IMG/VR virus record: IMGVR_UViG_3300044971_004534
Reading direction: 5' to 3' (one strand)
DNA length: 64,000 nucleotides
Source of the DNA: a virus
Under the pieces are notes generated by a model. It was not told the DNA's origin and searched no databases. It saw only the letters and a program-made list of their open reading frames with translations. Positions 46,666 through 55,104 of this stretch are shown piece by piece (the first letter of the stretch is position 1; each line of letters starts with the position of its first letter). The position numbers and the translations under genes were made by a program.

Positions 46666-47423
46666 TGGAGTTAGATCAGTTCTCAATGCTTGAGAGAGAG
46701 CAAATAGTCGCTCTCTCTCAAGCATCTTTATATGAAGCTAGTAACGATGCTGCTGAGGCACGAGACTACTTATTTAATACAAGAAAAATTTCAGAGTCTA
46801 TATCAAAAGATTTTGCAATAGGATATGTGCCTGTAAGAGTAAACAATAAAAAAATAAGTGGTCGTATTATATTTCCAATTTGGGACTGTCATGGCAATAT
46901 GGTCGCATTGTCAACAAGAGATTTCCGTTCGTCTATTAAAAATAGAGGTCATTGGCATGAGTCTTTTAATAAAAAACATCACCTTTATGGATGGAAAGCT
47001 GCTGAAGATAAAATAAAGCACAGTAAGCAGGTTGTGGTAGTGGAAGGGCAGTTTGATGTATTAGCAATGCATTCTCACGGTTTTACTAACACTGTAGGAG
47101 TATTGGGTAGTCATCTGTCAACATTTCACATAATGCTTCTGATAAGATATGCTGATGAAATAGTCTTTGCTTTTGATAATGATGATGCTGGTAAAAAAGC
47201 TTATCAAGAAAGTTATAAAATCATAGCATCTAACGGATTATTATACGATAAAACATTGAGTTTCTTTAAGGTGGATCTTGGCGTACATAAAGACCCAGAC
47301 GAATTATTAAAAAACTCAGGAAGAGACGACATGGAAATGCACATAGAAGCATCAAGAAAGGTGAAACACACAAATGACGCAGCACAATGGTCAGCAAATG
47401 TATCTGATCTCTCAATTGATTGA
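46665..47423 (+). CDS. dnaG: DnaG primase catalytic core (RNA-polymerase + Toprim) lacking the zinc-binding domain
   Basis: Motifs are ARDYLFNTRKIS..FAIGYVP, GRIIFPIWDCHGNMVALSTRDF, HLYGW, VVVVEGQFDVLAMHSHGF and IVFAFDNDDAGKKA. Confidence 0.8.
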   Translation: MELDQFSMLEREQIVALSQASLYEASNDAAEARDYLFNTRKISESISKDFAIGYVPVRVNNKKISGRIIFPIWDCHGNMVALSTRDFRSSIKNRGHWHESFNKKHHLYGWKAAEDKIKHSKQVVVVEGQFDVLAMHSHGFTNTVGVLGSHLSTFHIMLLIRYADEIVFAFDNDDAGKKAYQESYKIIASNGLLYDKTLSFFKVDLGVHKDPDELLKNSGRDDMEMHIEASRKVKHTNDAAQWSANVSDLSID

Positions 47424-48309
47424 TCAGTTTTTATTATATAGGCAGAGTAAGCCAAGTAATAGATCTTATAAGGTTTTTCATCCTAGCGCATTTGGTAAAT
47501 GCTTGCGCAAGATGCAATATCAGAAATACGTTTCTGAGGGTTTAATGGACGCTCCTGTTCAGAGCGTAGAACCAAGAATGATTCGTATTTGGGATACTGG
47601 GCATACGATGCATTCTAGATGGAGTCAATACATGGAGGACTTGGGGGTTTTAAGAGGAGTATGGAAGTGCGCGAATCCACTATGCAAGCATGTTCACGGA
47701 GAGGAAGCAAAGATAGGTATATTTAAGCCGGTTAAGTGTGAAAGATGTGATTCAAGTAAATTTCATTATGAAGAAATTACAATTGATCATCCAGAATTAA
47801 ACTTTCATGGCCATTGTGATCAAGTGCTTGATTTTTCAAACATGGACAATGAATTTAAGAATAGTGATCAATTTAAATCACTTTCTAGCATGATTGATTT
47901 TATGCCTAGTTCGCCTATTGTAGTTGATATGAAAACGATAGGTAAAAATCAGTGGTCTAAGCTTGAAAAGGGAGCGCATTTTTACTATATAGTCCAGTTG
48001 ACCGTGTATTTACACGTATTAAATTTGGATATGGGTATTATTATTTATGAAAGAAAAGATGATTCAGAAATTAAAATGTTTAAAGTAACTAAAAATGATG
48101 AGTGGTGGGATGTCATAAACAAGCAGGCAAAGCTTATGCTTAATATGTTTGAAAAGAAAACACTACCACCGCCAAGACCTACTGATAAGAATGATTTTGA
48201 TTGTAAGTTTTGTGAGTTTAAAGACACATGTCATGATTCTAATATATGGAATTCTCCTAATTTGGATGAATTGAGGAGAAAGTTTTATAGTTTTGATAAT
48301 TTTGATTAA
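47374..48309 (+). CDS. Cas4/RecB-family PD-(D/E)xK nuclease with a 4-Cys cluster
   Basis: Features are an N-terminal Cys (FGKCLRKM), HGHCDQVLDF, VVDMKT (DxK), YYIVQLTVY (QxxxY) and a C-terminal CKFCEFKDTC. The start is either 47374 or 47398. Confidence 0.65.
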   Translation: MTQHNGQQMYLISQLIDQFLLYRQSKPSNRSYKVFHPSAFGKCLRKMQYQKYVSEGLMDAPVQSVEPRMIRIWDTGHTMHSRWSQYMEDLGVLRGVWKCANPLCKHVHGEEAKIGIFKPVKCERCDSSKFHYEEITIDHPELNFHGHCDQVLDFSNMDNEFKNSDQFKSLSSMIDFMPSSPIVVDMKTIGKNQWSKLEKGAHFYYIVQLTVYLHVLNLDMGIIIYERKDDSEIKMFKVTKNDEWWDVINKQAKLMLNMFEKKTLPPPRPTDKNDFDCKFCEFKDTCHDSNIWNSPNLDELRRKFYSFDNFD

Positions 48310-48321
48310 CAGGAGATTTGT

Positions 48322-48648
48322 ATGAGTGCTCAAAACATTGATAATGTTTTAAAAATTCGTGGAGATAAAGAATTTCAGCAAAACAATGCTAATGGTAAGG
48401 CTTACATTAGAAAGTTGGCTTCAGCCATTCTAACTGTTTTGGATAAATACGATGAGGTTAAGCTTAAGGCTGTTGGCGCTCCATCGGTAAACAACGCAGT
48501 AAAAGCTTTTATTGTTGCCAGAAATATGTCAAAGAATAAGAACCTAGATTTAGTATGCACTGCTTCGTTTGATGTGGCAGATTTTGATGGTGGTCAGAAA
48601 ACAGCAATTATGTTTACTATATTTGCAGACGAGGTAGTTGATGACTAA
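48322..48648 (+). CDS. SpoVS-like (Alba-like fold) small protein
   Basis: LKAVGAPSVNNAVKAFIVARNM...DLVCTASF...DGGQKTAIMFTIF parallels SpoVS (IQAIGAGALNQAVKAVAIARGF...DLICIPAF...DGEERTAIKLIV). A strong SD caggag lies upstream. Confidence 0.6.
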   Translation: MSAQNIDNVLKIRGDKEFQQNNANGKAYIRKLASAILTVLDKYDEVKLKAVGAPSVNNAVKAFIVARNMSKNKNLDLVCTASFDVADFDGGQKTAIMFTIFADEVVDD

Positions 48649-49156
48649 CAGTATAGAAAATTTTGTTAAAAGAATCAAAGAATTAGATGAAGAAATTGAC
48701 AATCTTTCTAATGATAAAAAATCTATTGATTCTAAAATGTCCGATTGTAAAAAAGAGCGTGACAGTATAAGGGAGTCTATATCTCAATTAATGAATGAAA
48801 ATTCTTCTGTATTTGCTACTTTAAGAGATGGTACAGAAATATCAATTCGTAATGGAGTTAAGACTTTTGAATGGCAATCTGATGATGTTATGGTTGATTA
48901 TTTAAAATCAATTGGCAAATTTGAAAAAATATGTACAGTTGAAACAACAATTAACAAAAGGAAGTTAAAGTCTATTCTTGATGATTTGTGTGATTGTGAT
49001 GGTCTGCCAGATTTTGTTACTATGAGTCAGGAAAAAGTTTTACAAATTAGAGCTCCAGGCAAGCATGAAGAAGAAAAGCCAGTCAACAAATCAGGATCAT
49101 CTTCTAAAAAGATGAGCATCGACGACTTTGATGATAACTCTTTAGACGGTATTTAA
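48638..49156 (+). CDS. Hypothetical coiled-coil protein
   Basis: ORF with a heptad-like charged N-terminus. No family assigned. Confidence 0.55.
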   Translation: MMTNSIENFVKRIKELDEEIDNLSNDKKSIDSKMSDCKKERDSIRESISQLMNENSSVFATLRDGTEISIRNGVKTFEWQSDDVMVDYLKSIGKFEKICTVETTINKRKLKSILDDLCDCDGLPDFVTMSQEKVLQIRAPGKHEEEKPVNKSGSSSKKMSIDDFDDNSLDGI

Positions 49157-49157
49157 T

Positions 49158-49385
49158 ATGTCAAGTGAAGTAATATGTTTAAATTTAGAGTACGATGAAG
49201 GCAATGATATGCTATTATGGACTATTAAATTTTTACATAATTCAAATGTTCAAACAATAGCTTCTCCTGCCGCATCTTTTGCGGAGGCGGTAGGAATTAA
49301 AGGAAAAATTAGTAAACAAGATTGGGATTCATTTTGCACTAAAATGAAAAACAAAAAATGTAATTTTGTTTTACCGCAGGAGTAA
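49158..49385 (+). CDS. Small hypothetical protein (75 aa)
   Basis: ORF that starts 2 nt after the upstream stop. Confidence 0.5.
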   Translation: MSSEVICLNLEYDEGNDMLLWTIKFLHNSNVQTIASPAASFAEAVGIKGKISKQDWDSFCTKMKNKKCNFVLPQE

Positions 49386-49388
49386 TTT

Positions 49389-49724
49389 ATGAGTGATTCT
49401 ACAAGTAAACTTAAAATTAGAATATTTGGTGCAAGCGAATGTATATATTGTAAAAGACTATGTGAAGAAATGTCAATGATGGGCGTACCATACGATTTTG
49501 TTGATGCAAATTCCAGTGACACACAGGCTCTTTGCGATAAGTATAATGTCGATAAACTACCTCATGCTCAATGCTATGATAGGGCTGATGGCAATATTGT
49601 ATTTGAGCATGCTGGCACAATAGGTGCTCAAGATTTTATGAATAAATTGGCTGAAAAAATAAGTGGCAAAAAAGGTGCCACATTTACTGGTAAGTCAAGA
49701 TGCAACAATTGTAAGAAAAATTAA
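49389..49724 (+). CDS. Glutaredoxin/NrdH-like thioredoxin-fold protein
   Basis: KIRIFGASECIYCKRL contains a CxxC after beta-1. GVPYDFVD follows. Confidence 0.6.
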   Translation: MSDSTSKLKIRIFGASECIYCKRLCEEMSMMGVPYDFVDANSSDTQALCDKYNVDKLPHAQCYDRADGNIVFEHAGTIGAQDFMNKLAEKISGKKGATFTGKSRCNNCKKN

Positions 49725-49725
49725 A

Positions 49726-51657
49726 ATGTCAAAACTAAATGATGAACAAATAATGGCTGTGGACCATGTTTTTGGTCCATGCTTGGTAAGTGCTTGTCCT
49801 GGGGCTGGAAAAACAAGAGTAATAACTCATAGAGCTATATCATTAGTAAAAAAGGGCATACAGCCGTCAAAAATATTGCTTGTTACATTTACTAATAAGG
49901 CTTCTCGAGAAATGCAAGAGCGTATTAATAAGCTAGCTCAAGATGTTGGCGTTTCGGTTGATGGCATGTCTGTTGGTACTTTTCATAAAACATGTCTTCA
50001 AATTTTGCGATACTCTAAAAGTGTGAAAAGATCATACAGATCTTGCAATATTATGGACCCTGATGATGTAGATTCTTTATTAAAATCTGTAGCAGAAGAT
50101 CACCATGTATCTTTAGAAAAAGAAGAGTTAGAAAAATTTAAGTATCTTTATGATTCTTTGAGAGAAAAAGCTTTAACTAAAGATTTAATAATAGACGGAT
50201 TGAGGTCTTCCAATCCTGCTTATGAACATTTGTATAGTTTGTACGAGCAAGCGGTGTCGAACGTAAATGCTATAGATTTTAGTGGTATTATGTATAACTT
50301 TTGGGATGAACTATGTAATAATCATGAATTTAGAAAAGAAGTAAAAAGCCTTTATGATTTTATGATGGTTGATGAAGTCCAAGATACCAATACCATACAA
50401 TTTGAGATTGCAAAAATTATGTGCGAAAATCATCAAAACATATTTATGGTAGGAGACACTGACCAGAGTATTTACCAGTGGCGTGGAGCTAATCCAGGTC
50501 AAGTCTCTAAGTTTATTAAAGAGACAGGCTGTAAGGTTTACAGGTTAAGTAAAAACTATCGTTGTACTGGCGCAATTGCAAATACTGCTTCTAATTTAAT
50601 ATGCAATAACCCAAATAGGCTTAATTCTCAGATTATTGCACACAGAGAAATTGGAGAACCAGTTTCTTTAGCTGTGCATATGACAAGAGATGAAGAGTCA
50701 GATGTACTATGTAGAAATATTGTAAAAATTAAATTAATGGGTACAAAAATGAATGACGTGGCAGTTTTAGTGAGGGCTAGTCATTTAACTCGTAGTATTG
50801 AGCAAGCCATGATGCGGCATAATGTGCCATATTCTATGACTGGTGGCTTTAGATTTTATGATCGAGAAGAGATAAAAGATGTAGTGTCAATGTTGAAATT
50901 TGTTAATAATCCCAGAGATGTTTTAAGTCTATCTCGCTTTATGAACAAGCCAAAGCGTGGATTGGGAGGTAAGTGTGTTCAGTTTATTAGTTCACTGTCG
51001 TTGAAAAATGGCATGTCTGAAAACATTGCTGAATATATAAGCAGTTCGTCAGAATTAAAGGAAGCTCAAAAAAATGCTCTCATAAGATTGTTGAAAGATA
51101 TATTTAGCAAGGATCTTACTGGATTGTCTGTTGCAGATCTCATTAGTCATTTACTAGAAGCCACTAAGTATTTTGATTATATTAAAACTTTTAAGGGTGA
51201 AGTTCCAGTAGATAAAACTGAAAATATTCAAGAGTTAATTAAGAGCGTTTCAATTTCTCAGCAGTCTTTAGAAGAATTCTTGATGTCTGTGTCTTTAATG
51301 TCTACTCCTAAGGAAGCGTCTGAACAGGATGAAATAAACTCAGTTAAAATTATGACTATGCATGCCGCAAAAGGTCTTGAATTTAAGTATGTTTTCATTC
51401 CTTGTTTTGAAGAAAATATCATACCCCACCGTCGATCAATTGCAGAAAGTGCTACTGGCATTGAAGAAGAAAGAAGATTAGCATATGTTGCTATAACAAG
51501 AGCTATGGATAAGCTTTTTGTTAGTACTGCAATATCTGATGGAGGTTTTTCTAGAGAACTCAAGATGCCAAGTAGATTCATATTTGAGAGTGGACTATGT
51601 GACCAGAGTCAGTATTATGATCTCGTACAAGAAGCTAGAAACAATTTCATGGGCTAA
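49726..51657 (+). CDS. UvrD/Rep/PcrA-family SF1 helicase
   Basis: Motifs are ACPGAGKTRVITHR, MVDEVQDTN, VGDTDQSIYQWRGA, LSKNYRC, TMHAAKGLEFKYVFI and ERRLAYVAITRA. I chose the ATG at 49726, one nt after the upstream stop, rather than 49663. Confidence 0.9.
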   Translation: MSKLNDEQIMAVDHVFGPCLVSACPGAGKTRVITHRAISLVKKGIQPSKILLVTFTNKASREMQERINKLAQDVGVSVDGMSVGTFHKTCLQILRYSKSVKRSYRSCNIMDPDDVDSLLKSVAEDHHVSLEKEELEKFKYLYDSLREKALTKDLIIDGLRSSNPAYEHLYSLYEQAVSNVNAIDFSGIMYNFWDELCNNHEFRKEVKSLYDFMMVDEVQDTNTIQFEIAKIMCENHQNIFMVGDTDQSIYQWRGANPGQVSKFIKETGCKVYRLSKNYRCTGAIANTASNLICNNPNRLNSQIIAHREIGEPVSLAVHMTRDEESDVLCRNIVKIKLMGTKMNDVAVLVRASHLTRSIEQAMMRHNVPYSMTGGFRFYDREEIKDVVSMLKFVNNPRDVLSLSRFMNKPKRGLGGKCVQFISSLSLKNGMSENIAEYISSSSELKEAQKNALIRLLKDIFSKDLTGLSVADLISHLLEATKYFDYIKTFKGEVPVDKTENIQELIKSVSISQQSLEEFLMSVSLMSTPKEASEQDEINSVKIMTMHAAKGLEFKYVFIPCFEENIIPHRRSIAESATGIEEERRLAYVAITRAMDKLFVSTAISDGGFSRELKMPSRFIFESGLCDQSQYYDLVQEARNNFMG

Positions 51658-52381
51658 AAAACCTGTTGTTATTTTAGGAGCAGGTCCGTCACTTATTTCT
51701 TATGACTTTACTGCTTGCAGCTGTCATATGATTGTTGTTAATAGTGCTATATTAAAAACTAAATGGGATAGAGAATTTGAAAAAGATATTTTGCGTGCAT
51801 GGATTAGCAATGATAGCTTATGTAGAAAATGGTCTTATTTTGACAAAGTAAAATCAGATTTTTGTTATAAAATTGTTAGAGACTCTTGGGCCAAGTATGC
51901 GGATGAATTGAAGGATTTTATTTTTTTTAAACCAAGAAAAACAAGAGAAGATATTATTGAAGAAAATGACGATGGATTATTATATAATTCTTCTGTTCCA
52001 TCAGCTATAGATTTAGCTATTAAAATTGGATTTAATGAAATTTATCTATTTGGAATAGATCATACAGTAAGTGGAGAAAAAACTCATTTTTGGCAATTTT
52101 TACCAAAACATATACAACCAAAAGAAAAAATTATTAGCAATAACCGCACCATTTTTGCACAGCCTACGCGCATAATGCAGCCAGTTCCTATGCAAAAAAA
52201 TGTATGGAACATGAATATAGAGGTATTCAAATCTCTTAGCAACTACGCAAAAACAAAAAATGTAAATATTTTTAACATAAATGATTCCTCTACTTTAATA
52301 CCTTTTGAGCATAAACATTTATCAAACACAGATTTAATAAATTATGGCGTTAAACATATGCCAATTTCAAAATATTCATAA
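51617..52381 (+). CDS. DUF115 / Maf-like (MptE-like fold) putative nonulosonic-acid transferase, paralogue 1
   Basis: Contains PVVILGAGPSL and SSVPSAIDLAIKIGFNEIYLFGIDH..GEKTHFWQF. I chose the start at 51617 (MISYKK); the ORF opens at 51518. Confidence 0.55.
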   Translation: MISYKKLETISWAKKPVVILGAGPSLISYDFTACSCHMIVVNSAILKTKWDREFEKDILRAWISNDSLCRKWSYFDKVKSDFCYKIVRDSWAKYADELKDFIFFKPRKTREDIIEENDDGLLYNSSVPSAIDLAIKIGFNEIYLFGIDHTVSGEKTHFWQFLPKHIQPKEKIISNNRTIFAQPTRIMQPVPMQKNVWNMNIEVFKSLSNYAKTKNVNIFNINDSSTLIPFEHKHLSNTDLINYGVKHMPISKYS

Positions 52382-53090
52382 AGATAAGCTTGGTTTTATC
52401 TTAGGATCTGGTCCATCTTTAAGGGATATTAAGCCAGATTTACTGTCCCCATATGTTACTATGACAGTAAACTCTTCAATACTGTTTGACAAATCATGTG
52501 ATTATTTTGTCAGTGACGACTGGTCTGTTTCTAATTGGTCTTATTTTATAAGAGATTTGTCGCAGTCGTCTTGTGTAAAATTTCTTTATGATAAAAAGTT
52601 TCAAGGTAGAGCTTACCATTTGCGTCAGCACGAGGTTTGTATGTTTGAGCACACATGGTATTTTGATCCTAAAACAAAAAGATATAACATGAAAGGCTTA
52701 GTGATGGGCAGAGATTGCCAGCAGCCGGTTATAGGGGCTCGTACCAGTTTGGCAAGCGGCATCCACATTATGCGGATGATGGGCTGTAATCCGATTGTAA
52801 TGCTTGGATGTGATTGCAAAATGAATGGTGACAAAAGATACTTTTGGGAGTATCCAGGTTTTGTAAAGCCCGTAAGATTAGATAAGAGATCGGTTATGCC
52901 TTCTCATGCAAAAATTGCAATTGGATCAAAAGAGTGTCAAGATATTTTAGAATATTGGAAATTGTTTAAAAAAATGAATGAAAAATGTGATACTCATATA
53001 ATAAACGCAACTAAAGACTCTGCTTTAAATATTTTTGACCAATTTGAACTCGATAAAGTATTAGAAAAATATGGTGACAGGAAAAAATGA
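52344..53090 (+). CDS. DUF115 / Maf-like putative nonulosonic-acid transferase, paralogue 2
   Basis: GFILGSGPSL and TSLASGIHIMRMMGCNPIVMLGCDCKMNGDKRYFWEY are colinear with paralogue 1. Confidence 0.55.
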   Translation: MALNICQFQNIHKDKLGFILGSGPSLRDIKPDLLSPYVTMTVNSSILFDKSCDYFVSDDWSVSNWSYFIRDLSQSSCVKFLYDKKFQGRAYHLRQHEVCMFEHTWYFDPKTKRYNMKGLVMGRDCQQPVIGARTSLASGIHIMRMMGCNPIVMLGCDCKMNGDKRYFWEYPGFVKPVRLDKRSVMPSHAKIAIGSKECQDILEYWKLFKKMNEKCDTHIINATKDSALNIFDQFELDKVLEKYGDRKK

Positions 53091-53822
53091 ATGAAAAATA
53101 TTTGCTTTATTCCAGCTCGTGGCGGTTCAAAAGGAATCAAAAATAAAAATATAGTGCCACTGAATGGTTTGCCGCTTATTTATTGGACAATCTTAGCAGC
53201 TGCAGAGTCTGAAATTTTTGATACCATATATCTTTCATCTAACGATGTCTCTATTTTGGCGTATGCAGATATTTTTAATGGCAATATTGGTGGATGTAAT
53301 ATAAAAAAAATTATTAGATCAGATTTAACAAGTCAAGATAAATCTACTACTGAATCTTCAGTATTGGAATTTTTACAAAACAATTATTCTGTAAAGAGTG
53401 AAGATTTTATTTATATATTACAGCCTACTTCTCCATTAAGACATAATGATTTAATAGCTGAATTTGATTCGGATTTTAAAAAATCAGGCAAGCAATCTGG
53501 TTTTACTGTACAGCCTGTTACTCCGTTTTTGTGGTATAATAAAATTCCTATGTATGATATTCATAAAAGAAAAATGCGTCAAGATTTGTGTGAAAATGAG
53601 TTTTACTATCATGAAGACGGAAACATTTATGCATGCACTGTTGAGCATATGATGAATAAAAATTTAAGATTGTCAGAAGATTCTTACATGCACGTAAATG
53701 ATGAATTAAGATCTTTTCAAATTGATACTTATTTGGAATTAGAATTTTTAAATTTTATAGCAATAAAAAATATGGAGGTTTCTGAATGGAAGAAAGACAT
53801 TGCAAGCTTGTTGCCGAAATAG
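53091..53822 (+). CDS. neuA: CMP-N-acylneuraminate (nonulosonate) cytidylyltransferase
   Basis: MKNICFIPARGGSKGIKNKNIVPLNGLPLIYWTI and LQPTSPLR. Confidence 0.85.
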   Translation: MKNICFIPARGGSKGIKNKNIVPLNGLPLIYWTILAAAESEIFDTIYLSSNDVSILAYADIFNGNIGGCNIKKIIRSDLTSQDKSTTESSVLEFLQNNYSVKSEDFIYILQPTSPLRHNDLIAEFDSDFKKSGKQSGFTVQPVTPFLWYNKIPMYDIHKRKMRQDLCENEFYYHEDGNIYACTVEHMMNKNLRLSEDSYMHVNDELRSFQIDTYLELEFLNFIAIKNMEVSEWKKDIASLLPK

Positions 53823-54631
53823 GTGCGTCTCATGCAGGCTCTTTAAAAAGGGCTATTATGCTTACGGAATTAGCGGCATATAATGGTGCCGATGTTGTTA
53901 AGTTTCAAAAAAGAAATCCTTACAAGTCTGTACCTAATGATATAGCTAACAAGCCTCATCCAAATCCTCATTTTGCATATGGTGACACGTATCTAGAGCA
54001 CAGACTAAATTTAGAGTTAGACATACAAGATCATGAAGTTTTAAAACAACGTTGTGATGAATTGGGGGTTGAGTACGGATGTAGCGTTTGGGATATGGAC
54101 AGTGCCGAAGAAATAATAGACATAAAGCCTGGCTTACTAAAGATACCAAGTGCTTGTAACATGCATTTTAATTTAATTGAATATTGCTTGTCAAATTTTG
54201 ACGGCATGTTGCACATAAGCTTGGGTATGATGAATCAGGATGACAGAAATATTTTATTTACAAAATTTAAGTCAAAAAATGTAATATTTTATCATACCAC
54301 TACTGAATATCCATGTCCATTTGAAAGACTATATTTAAAAGAAATATCTAATATTTATAATTTATTTGGTCAGGTAGGGTTTAGTAATCACGGATATGGA
54401 ATATCTGCTGACATTGCAGCTCTTGCATTAGGGGCTACATTCATTGAAAGACATTTTATAGATGATAGAACTTTTAGACATACAGATGCTGCTGCTAGTC
54501 TTGAGCCAAACGGTCTTAAAACATTAAAAAGAGATATTAGACATGTTGGACGAGCGTTAAAATTTATGAATAATGAATGTACTGACGAGGAAAAAAGTCA
54601 ATCTCTTAAGCTAAGGAATTCTTTTAAATGA
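53786..54631 (+). CDS. neuB: NeuB-family nonulosonate (sialic-acid-type) synthase, short form without a SAF domain
   Basis: Contains VAEIGASHAGSLKRAIMLTELAAYNGADVVKFQKR, LLKIPS, FSNHGYGISADIAALALGATFIERHF. At 281 aa there is no room for the C-terminal SAF domain. Confidence 0.75.
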   Translation: MEERHCKLVAEIGASHAGSLKRAIMLTELAAYNGADVVKFQKRNPYKSVPNDIANKPHPNPHFAYGDTYLEHRLNLELDIQDHEVLKQRCDELGVEYGCSVWDMDSAEEIIDIKPGLLKIPSACNMHFNLIEYCLSNFDGMLHISLGMMNQDDRNILFTKFKSKNVIFYHTTTEYPCPFERLYLKEISNIYNLFGQVGFSNHGYGISADIAALALGATFIERHFIDDRTFRHTDAAASLEPNGLKTLKRDIRHVGRALKFMNNECTDEEKSQSLKLRNSFK

Positions 54632-55104
54632 TAATTTTTTCAGACGTTGATGGTGTTTTGACTGATGGAATGTATTATCATAACGAAGAGGGTATGATAG
54701 GCAAGGGATTTTCTACTAGAGATTTTCATGCAATTAACGCATTTGTAAAAAATGGTTTTAATTTTGTTTTTTTAACTGCAGCAACAGATATTGCTACAAT
54801 AAAAAAAATTAAAAACAATAAATTAAAACTTATTGCAGGATGCAAAGACAAAAAAGAAGCTGTTATATCTACATGCATACAGCAGGGCTATTTGGCGTCT
54901 GATTGCATTTTCGTAGGAGATGGGCCTCAAGATATATGTGCTATGCAGGCTTGTGGTCAATGTTTTTGTCCGTATGATGCTTGTCATGCAGTACTTAGTG
55001 TTCCTGGTGTTAATAGGCTTGAATCTTGCGGAGGTAAGGGAGTCATAGACGAATTACTTTTTAAATTATTTAAAACAGAATATATGAGCATAATGATTAA
55101 ATGA
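54628..55104 (+). CDS. KdsC-type HAD phosphatase (KDO-8-P / KDN-9-P / Neu5Ac-9-P phosphatase family)
   Basis: Motifs are IIFSDVDGVLTDG, FSTRDFHAI, FLTAAT, KDKKEA, FVGDGPQD and GGKGVIDEL. Confidence 0.75.
   Translation: MIIFSDVDGVLTDGMYYHNEEGMIGKGFSTRDFHAINAFVKNGFNFVFLTAATDIATIKKIKNNKLKLIAGCKDKKEAVISTCIQQGYLASDCIFVGDGPQDICAMQACGQCFCPYDACHAVLSVPGVNRLESCGGKGVIDELLFKLFKTEYMSIMIK

Noticed and set aside
49663-49725. An upstream extension of the UvrD-like ORF (start at 49663), and similar long 5' extensions at 33271, 34838, 38430, 51518 and 61650.
   Set aside because: The extensions overlap the preceding genes and lack homology. In-frame ATGs placed at or just after the upstream stop give typical coupled starts.
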